Position numbers and translations under genes: made by a program. Positions 1-10,163 of a stretch of 64,000 nt of DNA are shown one piece after another (the first letter of the stretch is position 1; every line of letters begins with the position of its first letter). The notes beneath the pieces were generated by a model. That model saw only the letters and a program-made list of their open reading frames with translations. It searched no databases and had not been told where the DNA came from. Location: assembly GCA_963713615.1 (NCBI GenBank), contig CAVQMM010000001.1:1536001-1600000 (forward strand). The letters run 5' to 3'. This DNA comes from an uncultured Chlamydiae bacterium (GTDB lineage: Bacteria > Chlamydiota > Chlamydiia > Chlamydiales > JAJFMA01).

Positions 1-195
1 GTTGGCTCACTACCTGTTCTCTCTTAGTGGTGGCATTGGCTGTTTTGCTCCCCTTCACCCCCTTAGGAGGGGTTCTAGGATTTGTCGCACCTCCTCTGCT
101 ATTCTTTCTTTATCCTGGCCTGCATGGTGATCGTGTACTTACTGATGGTGGAAATGGCAAAACAATGGTTTTACAAGCGTTATGCCTCACGTTGA
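1..195 (+). pseudogene. mgtA: 3' end of Mg2+-importing P-type ATPase (MgtA-like), with a +1 frameshift at about 108-111
   Basis: Frame 3 reads ...VVALAVLLPFTPLGGVLGFVAPPLLFFL. Removing one T from the T run continues it as ILACMVIVYLLMVEMAKQWFYKRYASR*, a typical MgtA C-terminus. The frameshift may be real or a homopolymer error. Confidence 0.7.
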
Positions 196-289
196 AGCGA
201 GAAAGGGACCGTGGCAGTAATGTAAAGATGGGCAATTCCATGACTGCGGATGGACCTTCACCGACACAACCTCGCGAAGAACAATCCCC

Positions 290-438
290 TGTGGCGCAGT
301 CATTCCATGACATTCCATGACTGCGAACAATCTATTGCAATTGTGGAGACGTGCAAAACAAACATCCCATGTGATGCAAACAGAATCTGTTTCAACCGTT
401 CTCGCAGTCATGGAATGTCATGGAATGACTGCGCCACA
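290..438. repeat. REP doublet (REPIN-like): perfect 37-bp inverted arms
   Basis: TGTGGCGCAGTCATTCCATGACATTCCATGACTGCGA at 290-326 and its exact reverse complement at 402-438. Each arm is GTGG followed by a hairpin CGCAGTCAT/ATGACTGCG. Confidence 0.8.
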
Positions 439-507
439 TAGGAAATTGCGTCAGCCAACCTTTTGAGTTACTTGGAAGTTCCTAACTCGCTATTGGACGA
501 ATCAAAC

Positions 508-540
508 TTCCAAAGCGCCCCCAATTCTTCACAAGAACCT
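508..540. repeat. Partial arm of the CCAAAGCG palindromic repeat family
   Basis: TTCCAAAGCGCCCCCAATTCTTCACAAGAACCT matches the right arms near 15376-15402 and 23708-23740. Confidence 0.7.
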
Positions 541-838
541 GAATATCTACGTAAAAAACAGTCTTTAAAAGTCGAACGACTAGCCGAAATATCATTTCGG
601 CTGGTCGATACCTGATAAGCTATACTATTCGGTTCTGAGGTGTTGTGCACGTCTATATGTGCAACTATAAACTGTAACAGCTAGACCCAAACTAAGGATA
701 GACAGGGAGGCAAATAGCATGATTTGTGGCAAATGTACAGAGGTGAAGTTGCAAGGTATTTCACCCTCGATGAAGTTGGGCTGATTGAAGGTAGAGGGAA
801 AAACAACCCTTTGTGAAGATGAATAGGCTTCACACTGG

Positions 839-869
839 AGCTGACATTACGCGAGCGGAATGTCAGCTC
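839..869. terminator. Hairpin downstream of the 883-2013 gene (terminator or REP-like)
   Basis: GAGCTGACATT...AATGTCAGCTC inverted repeat. Confidence 0.45.
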
Positions 870-882
870 GACACGGAAAGGC

Positions 883-2013
883 TTAAACTCCCCAAGGCTT
901 TTTTATGACCTGGAAAAATTTTTCAGTTGGGCCTTGTTCCGAAATTTGTGCTGATGGGTTTTGTTCCGGAAATAGGCCGCTGGCTAGGTCCTGAAAATAC
1001 TCCTTAGCGTTGCTTGCTTGAGCACCAAAAGAGTTCAGTAATCCAAAAGGTTTTGCGATGGGGTTTTCCGAAATTTGTTCAGTTGGGCTGTGTTCCAGAA
1101 TTTGTGCTGATGGGTTTTGTTCCGGAAATAGGCCGCTGGCTAGGTCCTGAAAATACTCCTTAGCGTTGCTTGCTTGAGCACCAAAAGAGTTCAGTAATCC
1201 AAAAGGTTTTGCGATGGGGTTTTCCGAAATTTGTTCAGTTGGGCTGTGTTCCAGAATTTGTACTGATGGGTTTTGTTCCGGAAATAGGCCGCTGGCTAAG
1301 TCCTGAAAATACTCCTTAGCGTTGCTTGCTTGAGCGCCAAAAGAGTTCAGTAATTCAAAAGGTTTTGCGATGGGGTTTTCCGGAATTTGTACTGATGGGT
1401 TTTCCGGAAATAGGCCGCTGGCTAGGTCCTGAAAATACTTCCTAGCGCTGGTCGCGTGAACGCCAAAACAGGAGTTCAGTAAATCCAAATCGATGCAGCT
1501 ATCCACGTCTCCTTTGCGGCACCTCGACTTAAGACTCACAATATTCATCTCCATATGTTCAGAAGCAAAACTGGCACCTGGAAGATAATCAAATAGCTTA
1601 CGAAGCACACAAGCAAGGGCTGAGGGGGTAGAATTATTATCTATACATGCTTGAATTGCCTGCTCTTTGCGGCAAGATAGAAGACGCCCCTCTTCACAAT
1701 GCGCAGACACGGTATCGATGGTACTAGGAATCGCTTTTATGAACTGCTCAAAGTAACCTACATCGTCTCCCATAAGTCGATCGGCAAGGCGTTCACGGTT
1801 GGATGGGCAGGGAAGTACCACCTCTGAGTAAGAAGACGGCTCTGATGGTCGAAAAGCCAGTAGACCGACTCCTATTGCCGAAATGGCTGTAACAACCTTT
1901 GGATTTCGCTTCAATGCGACAGCGTAAGTCGCGAAAGCGGTCACTGCTCCCGCTGAAAAAACGATTGGTTGATTACGAGCAAATGAAGATGCGGCATCAA
2001 TAAAAACGTCCAT
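883..2013 (-). CDS. Hypothetical protein with hydrophobic N-terminus and C-terminal 52-aa tandem repeats
   Basis: 376-aa ORF. The unit NPIAKPFGLLNSFGAQASNAKEYFQDLASGLFPEQNPSAQILEHSPTEQISE repeats with a 156-bp DNA period (e.g. at 1049, 1205, 1361). Confidence 0.75.
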   Translation of the reverse strand: MDVFIDAASSFARNQPIVFSAGAVTAFATYAVALKRNPKVVTAISAIGVGLLAFRPSEPSSYSEVVLPCPSNRERLADRLMGDDVGYFEQFIKAIPSTIDTVSAHCEEGRLLSCRKEQAIQACIDNNSTPSALACVLRKLFDYLPGASFASEHMEMNIVSLKSRCRKGDVDSCIDLDLLNSCFGVHATSARKYFQDLASGLFPENPSVQIPENPIAKPFELLNSFGAQASNAKEYFQDLASGLFPEQNPSVQILEHSPTEQISENPIAKPFGLLNSFGAQASNAKEYFQDLASGLFPEQNPSAQILEHSPTEQISENPIAKPFGLLNSFGAQASNAKEYFQDLASGLFPEQNPSAQISEQGPTEKFFQVIKKPWGV

Positions 2014-3106
2014 TACCCCCCCTAGTTATTTATTAGAGTCATATGGGCAAATAAGCTACCACAAGGCCCTATTATTAATCAAAAGGTTAAGCATAACCGG
2101 GTGCAATCCAAACTTGTACGCAGAGCAATTCTTGTGTAAGATTGTTTACACAATGTTGCGGCTGACCCAGCATGAAACCCTATCCAAATCAATAATATGC
2201 GAATTTAGATGAAGACTATTCCACCATCACACGACCTTTCTGAGGATGAACGTTATATTTTACATGTGCTTAGAGAAAATCCAAGTCTGTTACAGCCGCT
2301 CCTGGAGATGGTTGATGTCGTTGGTAGGAATTTTGAAGAGCTTAAGACGGGCGATGAAGCAGAAGAAGCTACCATAGCTGCTATTCGTAAGTCTGGGCAG
2401 GCCATTCTTCAAAATTGGGCGGATCATCGTGTTAAGCAGGTAGAATCTCAATACGAGCCTGAGAAGGGCATCCGTCCCCACGGAAAAAAAAAGTCGAATG
2501 GCAGACAACACTAGGACGCATCACTGTTGTTCAAAGGTGTTTTCTGCAAAAGAAGCATCGTGGTCGACCTTCACATCGTTTAAGGCCTTTTGAGGACTTT
2601 TCAGGGATAAAACACCAAGATTGGTCAAAGCGGTGTCAACGCTTGATAACTGATCTAGGATCCGAGGAATCTTTTTCGAGGGCCGCGAAACAGATGAAGG
2701 AGCACCATGGATTGGAAATCAGTCCCACTACGATATCAAATATCACGCTTAAACATGCCAAGAGGGCGCAGCTGATGATGAAAAAGCCTCCTATCGGGAA
2801 AAAGGCAGACGATCCAACAACCCCACTTGTGGTTGAAATGGATGGTGGAATGGTGCCCCTAGTTGAAACAGCTGGTTCTGGAGATAGACGGAAAAACAGA
2901 AGAGTATCCTGGGCAGAGCTTAGAGTGGGGGTTATTCAGCGCTTAGGGGAAGCAGACTGGAAATACACGTGTTCCTTTAATAGCCCTGATGATTTGGGAA
3001 ATAGAATGCTAACATTATTAGAACGGCAATTTGGGTGGGAAGGACAGAGCCAATTACATGGTATAGGGGATGGAGCAAAATGGATAACTGAACAGATGGA
3101 AAGGTA

Positions 3107-3266
3107 GGCCTTGTTCGGCTTTCCGGGCAGAATTTCGGTCAGGCGAGAGGTCCCAGATGCAGCAGTCGACGACGAGGGAATAGCGCTAGCTATTGCCGAG
3201 GAGGCGAATGCTGCAGATGGGCGCCTCGCAGCCGACCGAAAACTGCGCGAAAAGTCGAACAAGGCC
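3107..3266 (+). mobile_element. MITE family A (160 bp), copy 1
   Basis: GGCCTTGTTC...GAACAAGGCC termini, 8-bp TSD GAAAGGTA. Confidence 0.92.
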
Positions 3267-3318
3267 GAAAGGTAGCAGGAAGCCGAGGGAACTACCTAAT
3301 TGATCTGTATCATTTAAG

Positions 3319-3480
3319 GGCCTTGTTCACCTTTACGGTCAGAATTTCGGTCGGACGAAAAAGGTCGGATGTCGTGGTTTGTGACGAGGGCATAGCGCCA
3401 GCTATGTCCGAGGAGCAAAACGCGACAGACGATCCTTTTGCAGTCCGACCGAAATTCTGACCGCAAAGGTGAACAAGGCC
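3319..3480 (+). mobile_element. MITE family B (162-bp variant), copy 1
   Basis: GGCCTTGTTCACC...GGTGAACAAGGCC termini, 8-bp TSD CATTTAAG. Confidence 0.92.
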
Positions 3481-4095
3481 CATTTAAGTGAGTATCTAGC
3501 GGGAGCAGCAACGGCCTGGACTGAGGATATTAAAAGGAGACTCGAGCGCTAAAGACCCGCTTAAAAAAAGGACAGATAGTGAATGTGAAGCGAAAGCTTC
3601 GAAAGTACTCCAAAGTTCACCCTGAGCATGAGGGCCTGCAAAAGTGTATACAATACATAACTAATAGACCTGGGCAGTTTAAGTATGATGAAGCGATTAG
3701 AAAAGGTTTGCCAATAGGTTCGGGGAAAATAGAAAGCACGCATCGCCATGTGATTCAGAAGCGGTTGAAAAAGCCCGGAGCATGGTGGAGACGGGATCAT
3801 GCGGATCAAATGGCAAACCTTAGAACTCTTCGAGCTAACGATGAATGGGAAAGGCTTTGGCAAGATGAGGTAGTCTGTGAGCTCGATTGCCTAGCCGCCT
3901 AAGGTGAGTACAAATTTGAATTACACCCAGCATAACCAAAACGTGTCCGAAATCCGAATCTGCCCTTCTAGATAAGCGATGGCGCATACAACACAGCATC
4001 CTTGAAGACTAGGTTGAAGTCGTCTAACATATATCACGCGCGGTTAGATGAATTTAAACATCAGGTTTTATCCCATCACAGTCGAGGAGCAAAAA

Positions 4096-4557
4096 TTGAA
4101 TAACCCTGCAGTATATCTTGTAGGCCTTGTTCGACTTTTCGCGCAGTTTTCGGTCGGCTGCGAGGCGTCCATCTGCAGCATTCGCCTCCTCGGCAATAGC
4201 TAGCGCTATTCCCTCGTCGTCGACTGCTGCATCTGGGACCTCTCGCCTGACCGAAATTCTGCCCGGAAAGCCGAACAAGGCCATCTTGTAAACGCCTTGC
4301 GTCATGGATTCGTTAAGAGCATAGCCATCTTCATTGTAGTCGGTTTGATAACACCCCTTCAAGCAACTCACGAAACGGATGCTTGTAACTTAATCAAGAC
4401 AGTCCTTAACACAGACGGACCATTTACCACGAAGGTCCTTTCAGGTGGTCTGTCGGGTTCGGTCTTAATTAACGTTAATACGTCTGATCAGGCCTATATT
4501 GTTCGCTTTTGGAATATGCAATGGGTTGAATATTACCCTCAAGATTTAGCATTATAG
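4096..4557 (+). pseudogene. N-terminal remnant of a probable secreted phosphotransferase/kinase-like gene, interrupted by MITE A
   Basis: RBS GAGGAG then TTG at 4096. Removing the MITE and one TSD joins LNNPAVYLV to NALRHGFVKS...LSGGLSGS...YIVRF, an APH/choline-kinase-like N-lobe. The frame ends early. Confidence 0.45.
4123..4282 (-). mobile_element. MITE family A (160 bp), copy 2
   Basis: Reverse complement of 3107-3266 with about one substitution, 8-bp TSD ATCTTGTA. Confidence 0.92.
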
Positions 4558-4773
4558 AAACACCAGAAGTTCCGATAAAGAGCCACCTGAACTTTGGCCG
4601 CCACGGCTTAGAGACATCAAGTCCGGATGATTTTTATAAGTATGCTGTTTCCATCTTAAATGAAGTGATCGACTACTCATGCAGTGAACAGTATGCCAAC
4701 GACCTGGCGCTCTTGCAAAACCAATAAATGAGCTTTCGCGCTAGTCGAATGTGAAAAACCTACCTAAGTGTGG

Positions 4774-6654
4774 TTAGCCTCCGGCTTGCTTCCGCTGATC
4801 TAGCTTCTTTTGTCGTCTGTCTAAAACGCTCTTCATCTCACTCAACATCGTCTTTTCGAGAGAATTAAGCCCACCCTTTGTGTTTTGTCCATAGCGTTCA
4901 AATTGCTCTATAGCTCGTTCTGTCATATCACGTTTGAGGCGATTATAGGTTGGTTCTGGAAGAAGATGAAGCCACGTGTTAATCACTTTCTGGGTACAAG
5001 TGCCGGATTCCTGAGGTTTATGGTAATCAGCCGGATTGGTACTCGCAGGGTCTGGATGCCCAAATTCCTGTTTGAGTCTCCCATAAATCTTGCCGATTGC
5101 ATCTGTTGACACTCGCTGGTTAAAACGCAAAAGTTCTCTAATGAAGTGTGGATCTGTAACCTGCTGCTTGTCAAGACCACTCCATTGTAAATGAGTTTGA
5201 AACCTATCTCCTTGGCTGTGGTGAAAGCGTATACCTAAGCCTGTATTCAATACTGAAAAGGTATAAGTCCCGTCCGATGCTTTGTTCACTTTATACATCA
5301 TGGCATGATTGGGGATTCCGCCAGAAAAGATCACTCCGATTGGGTCATCAGCATGCTGTTTAATTTGTTCTACGACTCTGTCTGTCGCTCCCTCAAGTGC
5401 AAGTTTTTGCTCATCAAAACGTTTTAGGACCGTTGAGGCATTTTGGACCTCTTTTTTAGCCAATTCGACAACCTCTTGAGCTATAATCACAGGGGCATTA
5501 CGAGTATTTGAAATGGCTTGATTGAATAGTTCGGGGCTAAAGAAAGCACTTAAATCATAAAAGGGTCCATAAGGTGAAACGGCAGCTTCTTCAATAAAAG
5601 TATTCATTGCGGTAGGGCTTTGATTCAACGACACCGCTAAATTCAATAAACTCTTTTTAAAATCAAGGCCAAATTGTTTTGAGTTGTATAGCGAATTGAT
5701 AAATGCATGGTCTTCACCATTTTTTGCGTCATTTGCAAATTCCTTATCGAAGCTGCGACCGACTGTTGCCTGTGCCTCTTCAAGCCTTTTAGAGGCTTCC
5801 GTCAGATTGTGTGTAGCTTCAGCAAGCGCTTGATATGCTTTATCCGGATCGTCAGGAATGGACTGTTGACGTATGTATAAAAGATTCTCGGTTTCCGCAG
5901 ACCATTGAAGCTGATCACATACTCGTAAAAGTATCTCTCTATCCTCAGAACTGTAATTGCCTGTAAATCTGGGATCATTCAGAACCCCCTCAATGTCCTC
6001 TTTCATTCCCGCTTGTTGAAGCGCAGAGCTAAAGCCCTCTAATGCCTTTTCATTGCCTCTTATTTCCACATTTTCAGTGTGGTCCATACAACGGTGGAAC
6101 ATCAGGCTACGGACCAACCTGGGTTGGTTTAGGCGCAAATCCATTTTTTTGGGGAGGGACTTCTTAGAGTCCTCATAGATACTCTCTCCATCAACGTCGG
6201 CTTTAACTTTAGCTCTCATGTACTGCAAGGCATCGTGAATAAACTGCTGCGCATGGGCCAGATTTTGTCTTTCTGTTTTGTTTGCTTGCACTCCTAGGAA
6301 ATTCAGAACTCTATCGCTGAAAGCGAGCTGACTTTTGGCCGACATCGCGCGTAAGCCTTCGCTTATATTCTCTAACGCATTGCATCGAGCTGCCAGACTG
6401 CCCTCCTGCTTTCCCTTAAATTCATTTAAAATTTGTTGACTTTCGGAATGTACTGTTAATTTAATTACGATAGCGGAAATTTCACTAATCGATAACGCAT
6501 TTTCTTTATTAGATGTTACTGATATGGAATGACCATTAAAAACAATATTTTTACCAGTTTCCACTGATTCTTTTATTGCCTTACTCAATCCTATAAGATT
6601 AAATTCGTAATGACGGTCATCCATGGAATCAGAATTATGAAAAGTTTCTTCCAT
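4774..6654 (-). CDS. Putative secreted effector with cysteine-protease-like domain
   Basis: 626-aa ORF with motifs GGIPNHAMMY, LNTGLG and PQESGTC in His...Asn...Gln-x-x-Gly-x-Cys order. Confidence 0.7.
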   Translation of the reverse strand: MEETFHNSDSMDDRHYEFNLIGLSKAIKESVETGKNIVFNGHSISVTSNKENALSISEISAIVIKLTVHSESQQILNEFKGKQEGSLAARCNALENISEGLRAMSAKSQLAFSDRVLNFLGVQANKTERQNLAHAQQFIHDALQYMRAKVKADVDGESIYEDSKKSLPKKMDLRLNQPRLVRSLMFHRCMDHTENVEIRGNEKALEGFSSALQQAGMKEDIEGVLNDPRFTGNYSSEDREILLRVCDQLQWSAETENLLYIRQQSIPDDPDKAYQALAEATHNLTEASKRLEEAQATVGRSFDKEFANDAKNGEDHAFINSLYNSKQFGLDFKKSLLNLAVSLNQSPTAMNTFIEEAAVSPYGPFYDLSAFFSPELFNQAISNTRNAPVIIAQEVVELAKKEVQNASTVLKRFDEQKLALEGATDRVVEQIKQHADDPIGVIFSGGIPNHAMMYKVNKASDGTYTFSVLNTGLGIRFHHSQGDRFQTHLQWSGLDKQQVTDPHFIRELLRFNQRVSTDAIGKIYGRLKQEFGHPDPASTNPADYHKPQESGTCTQKVINTWLHLLPEPTYNRLKRDMTERAIEQFERYGQNTKGGLNSLEKTMLSEMKSVLDRRQKKLDQRKQAGG

Positions 6655-6906
6655 TACACGCCTATAGCAAACACATGCAAACTCCCATTGTTAATTATAT
6701 AACAACAGTATTTTTACAGTAAATAACTTATCTATTACAGAAAAACTTAACTACTATTTAGTCGGTCAATAAATGGCATGGAAGACATCAGCCTGTAGGC
6801 TCAACTTATCCCAAGTGGTATGAAGGACATTGAGAGGTACAAAATAGGTAAAACTTTAAAGAGCTACCTGATACTGTGATTGGATAACATTAACCTTAGG
6901 GGTGAC

Positions 6907-7362
6907 ATGACACATATAGATTTAACAGAGGCACAATTCGAAAAGCTACTAAGACTTGTCTATCTAGGTAACTGGGTCATCAATGCCCCACGCCCGGAAG
7001 AAGAAAGACTCGAAGACTATGAGTTAGTGATGGAACATCTCTTTAGCTATGCCAACAAGTTTGGCCTCTCAGAATTAGTTCAGCATGATGAGACTCGAGC
7101 TATTCCTAAGCCCGAATTTGAAGAAAATGAGGAAATGCGAACGTTTCTCAGTGACTACAGCGACCGATCCTTTTGGATGGAACTCATTGGACGCTTGGCT
7201 GAACTGGAGGCTATTCGGCAACATGGAGTCGAAGGTCTTAGCGCCATGGAACGCGTCGAACGTTTTGAACTCTTGATGGGCCTCCAAGAGGGACTCCGCG
7301 AGATCTTTTCAACGCAAGGTCTGGAGGCCATTCAGGTGACCCCAGAAGCATCGTCAAATTAA
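6907..7362 (+). CDS. Conserved hypothetical acidic protein
   Basis: ORF with ATG at 6907 after GGGGTG. The LLRLVYLGNWVINA segment looks like a real protein. Confidence 0.7.
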   Translation: MTHIDLTEAQFEKLLRLVYLGNWVINAPRPEEERLEDYELVMEHLFSYANKFGLSELVQHDETRAIPKPEFEENEEMRTFLSDYSDRSFWMELIGRLAELEAIRQHGVEGLSAMERVERFELLMGLQEGLREIFSTQGLEAIQVTPEASSN

Positions 7363-7393
7363 GCTCCTATTGAAGTATGTCCACACCATTGAA

Positions 7394-7442
7394 GGCACAG
7401 GCTTTACCCCTTCGGGCCTAGGAAGGGGTAAAAACCTGTGTC
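7394..7442. terminator. Hairpin between convergent genes
   Basis: GGCACAGG-TTTACCCCTTC...GAAGGGGTAAA-CCTGTGTC inverted repeat. Confidence 0.5.
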
Positions 7443-7549
7443 TCCAGGCCAGATAGTGCCATGCCATCTGAACTCTCTAAAAAGTAATCTTTTTTTCCCG
7501 AGAATCGATTCTATTAGCACAAAGCTAAAACGGCACCGAATATGTCTAA

Positions 7550-8473
7550 TCATAAATCATCGGCAAATCGCTTGATGAGATAGTTTGGAGAATCAAGAAC
7601 TGGAAGCGCGCTCAAAGCATTTTCCAGACCGTGATGAGCAATTCTATCCGCCATGATTCCCGTTTGAATCACCAGTGTGGAGGGCATACCAAATCGGCGT
7701 GCTCCCCTTATATCCGTCTCCGGGGTATCTCCGACCATTAAGATTTCTGATGGGTTCGTCACATCATACTTACGAAATTGATCCAATGCCATGGCATAGG
7801 CTTCGTTGTGCGGCTTACCTGTATAAAATACTTGGCCGCCCATTTCTTCATAAATTTTTGCGATGCTGCCCTGTCTTACTACGGCTCTGGGAGGGTTACC
7901 TTCATGTGCAAATTGGTCTGGATTAGGGCAAACCATGGGTAAATTTTTCGCCGCTATTCTTTCAATTTCTCCTCGGAATACTTCAGGATCTACCTGATCT
8001 TCACCTTCAATGTGCGGAATAGAAACGTAGATAAAATCCGCCTCATTGATGTCCGATGTTTCTAAATAGGTGGAATCTTTAAAAAGCGGTTCATGCGAGG
8101 AAAACCTAGGATGCACTCCACCAAACAGCCAAAATTTATTCGTGGGAGTTTTGAAGGGTAATTTGTCATTTAAAAAGACATCTCTTGCGATTTCCCCGGA
8201 GGTGATTAGGAAATGAAAATGCTCGCCATAAATCAGGCCACGAAGAAGAAATTTGCTTATTTCTTTAGAAGCTAACTGGGTAGAATTAGACAGAATTCCA
8301 ACGATTTTGCCACTAGCGACCAATTTCTTCATGATTTCGGTGGAGCCTGGCAGAAGGCCCACATCGTTACCTCCCCAAAAAACCCCGTAAGCATCAAGTA
8401 ATATGCCCTTGTAATTGTTCGAGATGAGTGTGATACCTGAGGAAATTTCAAGGGTGGCAGTCATGATAACCAA
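7550..8473 (-). CDS. HAD-superfamily class IIA hydrolase
   Basis: Motifs LLDAYGV, LSNS, GKP and MVGDTPETDIRGA. Confidence 0.9.
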   Translation of the reverse strand: MVIMTATLEISSGITLISNNYKGILLDAYGVFWGGNDVGLLPGSTEIMKKLVASGKIVGILSNSTQLASKEISKFLLRGLIYGEHFHFLITSGEIARDVFLNDKLPFKTPTNKFWLFGGVHPRFSSHEPLFKDSTYLETSDINEADFIYVSIPHIEGEDQVDPEVFRGEIERIAAKNLPMVCPNPDQFAHEGNPPRAVVRQGSIAKIYEEMGGQVFYTGKPHNEAYAMALDQFRKYDVTNPSEILMVGDTPETDIRGARRFGMPSTLVIQTGIMADRIAHHGLENALSALPVLDSPNYLIKRFADDL

Positions 8474-8539
8474 AGCTCCTTTTAAGCAGGTTGTGAAACA
8501 ACAATAGATAAAGGGCCGATTTTTTGAAAACGATATCGA

Positions 8540-8920
8540 TTAGGATTAGGATGAGGATTAGGAGTTAGGAATAACACGGATGCACACGGATCTAGGAGGA
8601 TTTAGGAGGATTTAGGAGGATTGGATGGCAAATATGGGCCTTGTTCACCTTTACGGTCAGAATTTCGGTCGGACGAAAAAGGTCGGATGTCGTGGTTTGT
8701 GACGAGGGCATAGCGCCAGCTATGTCCGAGGAGCAAAACGCGACAGACGATCCTTTTGCAGTCGACCGAAAACTGACCGCAAAGGTGAATAAGGCCCAAA
8801 TATGGTTCGTTTAGCTTTTTAGGAGCAACACGGAGTGCATCCGTGTTATTCCTAAAATCCCCACGAACCGTATCTACCATCCTATCCTCCTAAATCCTCC
8901 TAGATCCGTGTTACTCCTTA
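8540..8920. repeat. TAGGAGGA/ACACGGAT palindromic repeat cluster hosting a MITE
   Basis: ACACGGATCTAGGAGGATTTAGGAGGA on the left is inverted to TCCTCCTAAATCCTCCTAGATCCGTGT on the right. A second IR pair is TAGGAATAACACGGATGCAC / GTGCATCCGTGTTATTCCTA. Confidence 0.7.
8637..8796 (+). mobile_element. MITE family B (160 bp), copy 2
   Basis: GGCC termini, 8-bp TSD CAAATATG. Confidence 0.92.
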
Positions 8921-10021
8921 TCATTGGAGTTCGAGCAGATGAATGTCATAGCCTACCGTGGCTAAACGTTTTTTAAAGGGATGTATGGCCAAAACAGCTC
9001 CGCCTTGAGGGGATACTTTTTTATAGTCTGAAATCTGTAACGCATCATTTTTTATTTGACCGAACCATAGAAGGCCTTCTTGCGTACTACAAAGAAAGTG
9101 AATACTTTTCCCTTCGGCAATGCACCCGACATCAAAACTAAAAACCTGCTCCAAATTTTTATTCTCAATCAGATTTTTTGAATCCAAATAGACAAATCGA
9201 TTTTTTTCTATTCTGTATAGCCAGAGATTCCGGTCCCCCCTTCCCACTGCACAGTTAGAAAGAAGCAAGTAATCCCCAGAGATGAAGATGTGGTTAATCC
9301 CCCTTTTCGCTTCTTGATTATATCTTTGACGATGAAGAATCTTACCTTCTAAGAAATCGATCATACACAGGTCTCCATCCTCAGAAGATGTAATCACAAT
9401 TCCTTCCTTCCAGGGTAAGATGCTTCTAATGTTTCGTAGCTTATAAGGACTATCAACGGGGTGATCAGACTGTAGGGAGATAGAGGAGAGAAGGGATGGG
9501 CCTTCAGTGGAAAATTCCCAAGTAAGCACAAATCCTTCCGAATGCCCTGTTAGGAGAATGTGAGGACTCCCTGTCTTGAGGAATTTCGCACTGTCAACCG
9601 CTCCAAAACGACTGTCGAAATGGCATGTCTCTTTTAGGACATATCCTTCGTTGTTTCGTTCCCAGAGAGTGAATGAAGAACGACCATTCGATGAAACAAA
9701 TGCGTCATCATTGATTCTCTCCAACATGGTGATTCCTTGCTTTATAGGAGGCACAAGGACTTGCTGAATGGAGAGTATGTCTTCACAATCAAAAACAGTA
9801 ATTGTTCCGTCCCACCTGCCTACCGCTAATTTATTTTCATTCAACCAAGTCGCTGACTGCGCAAGATTTGTAATGGTCGATAAAGCTTTAAATTGAGTAG
9901 CCTTAGCACCGCTGTCAAAAGCGACAAGGGGGGCTATCTGGAAGAAAGCAAGGGCAACCAGAACAAAAAGGAAGCAGGATTTTTTATGACTGAATGCGTT
10001 CATGTCGTCGATGATGTCCAT
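8921..10021 (-). CDS. Secreted WD40/beta-propeller protein
   Basis: Signal-like N-terminus and WD-like blades (LAVGRWDGTITVFD, LLTGHSEGFVLTWE, VITSSEDGDLCMID). Confidence 0.7.
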   Translation of the reverse strand: MDIIDDMNAFSHKKSCFLFVLVALAFFQIAPLVAFDSGAKATQFKALSTITNLAQSATWLNENKLAVGRWDGTITVFDCEDILSIQQVLVPPIKQGITMLERINDDAFVSSNGRSSFTLWERNNEGYVLKETCHFDSRFGAVDSAKFLKTGSPHILLTGHSEGFVLTWEFSTEGPSLLSSISLQSDHPVDSPYKLRNIRSILPWKEGIVITSSEDGDLCMIDFLEGKILHRQRYNQEAKRGINHIFISGDYLLLSNCAVGRGDRNLWLYRIEKNRFVYLDSKNLIENKNLEQVFSFDVGCIAEGKSIHFLCSTQEGLLWFGQIKNDALQISDYKKVSPQGGAVLAIHPFKKRLATVGYDIHLLELQ

Positions 10022-10163
10022 TACTGTCCATATTTGTCCATTCCTAAGTCCGTCCTTTCGCGTCGAGTCTGTTGCTTTCGAATATTTTATCTAGCGAAAT
10101 GCCTGGCTGATATGGTACTAGGGGATAAAGTAAAGCGGCTATCCTAGTAAGAGGAGGAAATTA

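Larger units (their letters stand above)
2099..3928 (+). mobile_element. ISKra4-family (UPF0236) insertion sequence, degraded and interrupted by two MITEs
   Basis: Imperfect TIRs GGGTGCAATCCAAACTTGTAC / GTACAAATTTGAATTACACCC and a 9-bp TSD AGCATAACC. Transposase motifs EMDGGMVP, GDGAKWI, IDLYHL and GLPIGSGKIES are spread over 2209-3902. The A9 slippery run at about 2484-2492 fits a programmed frameshift. Confidence 0.88.

Noticed and set aside
895..1490. 156-bp repeats as a CRISPR or non-coding array
   Set aside because: They are contiguous in-frame coding repeats with no spacers.
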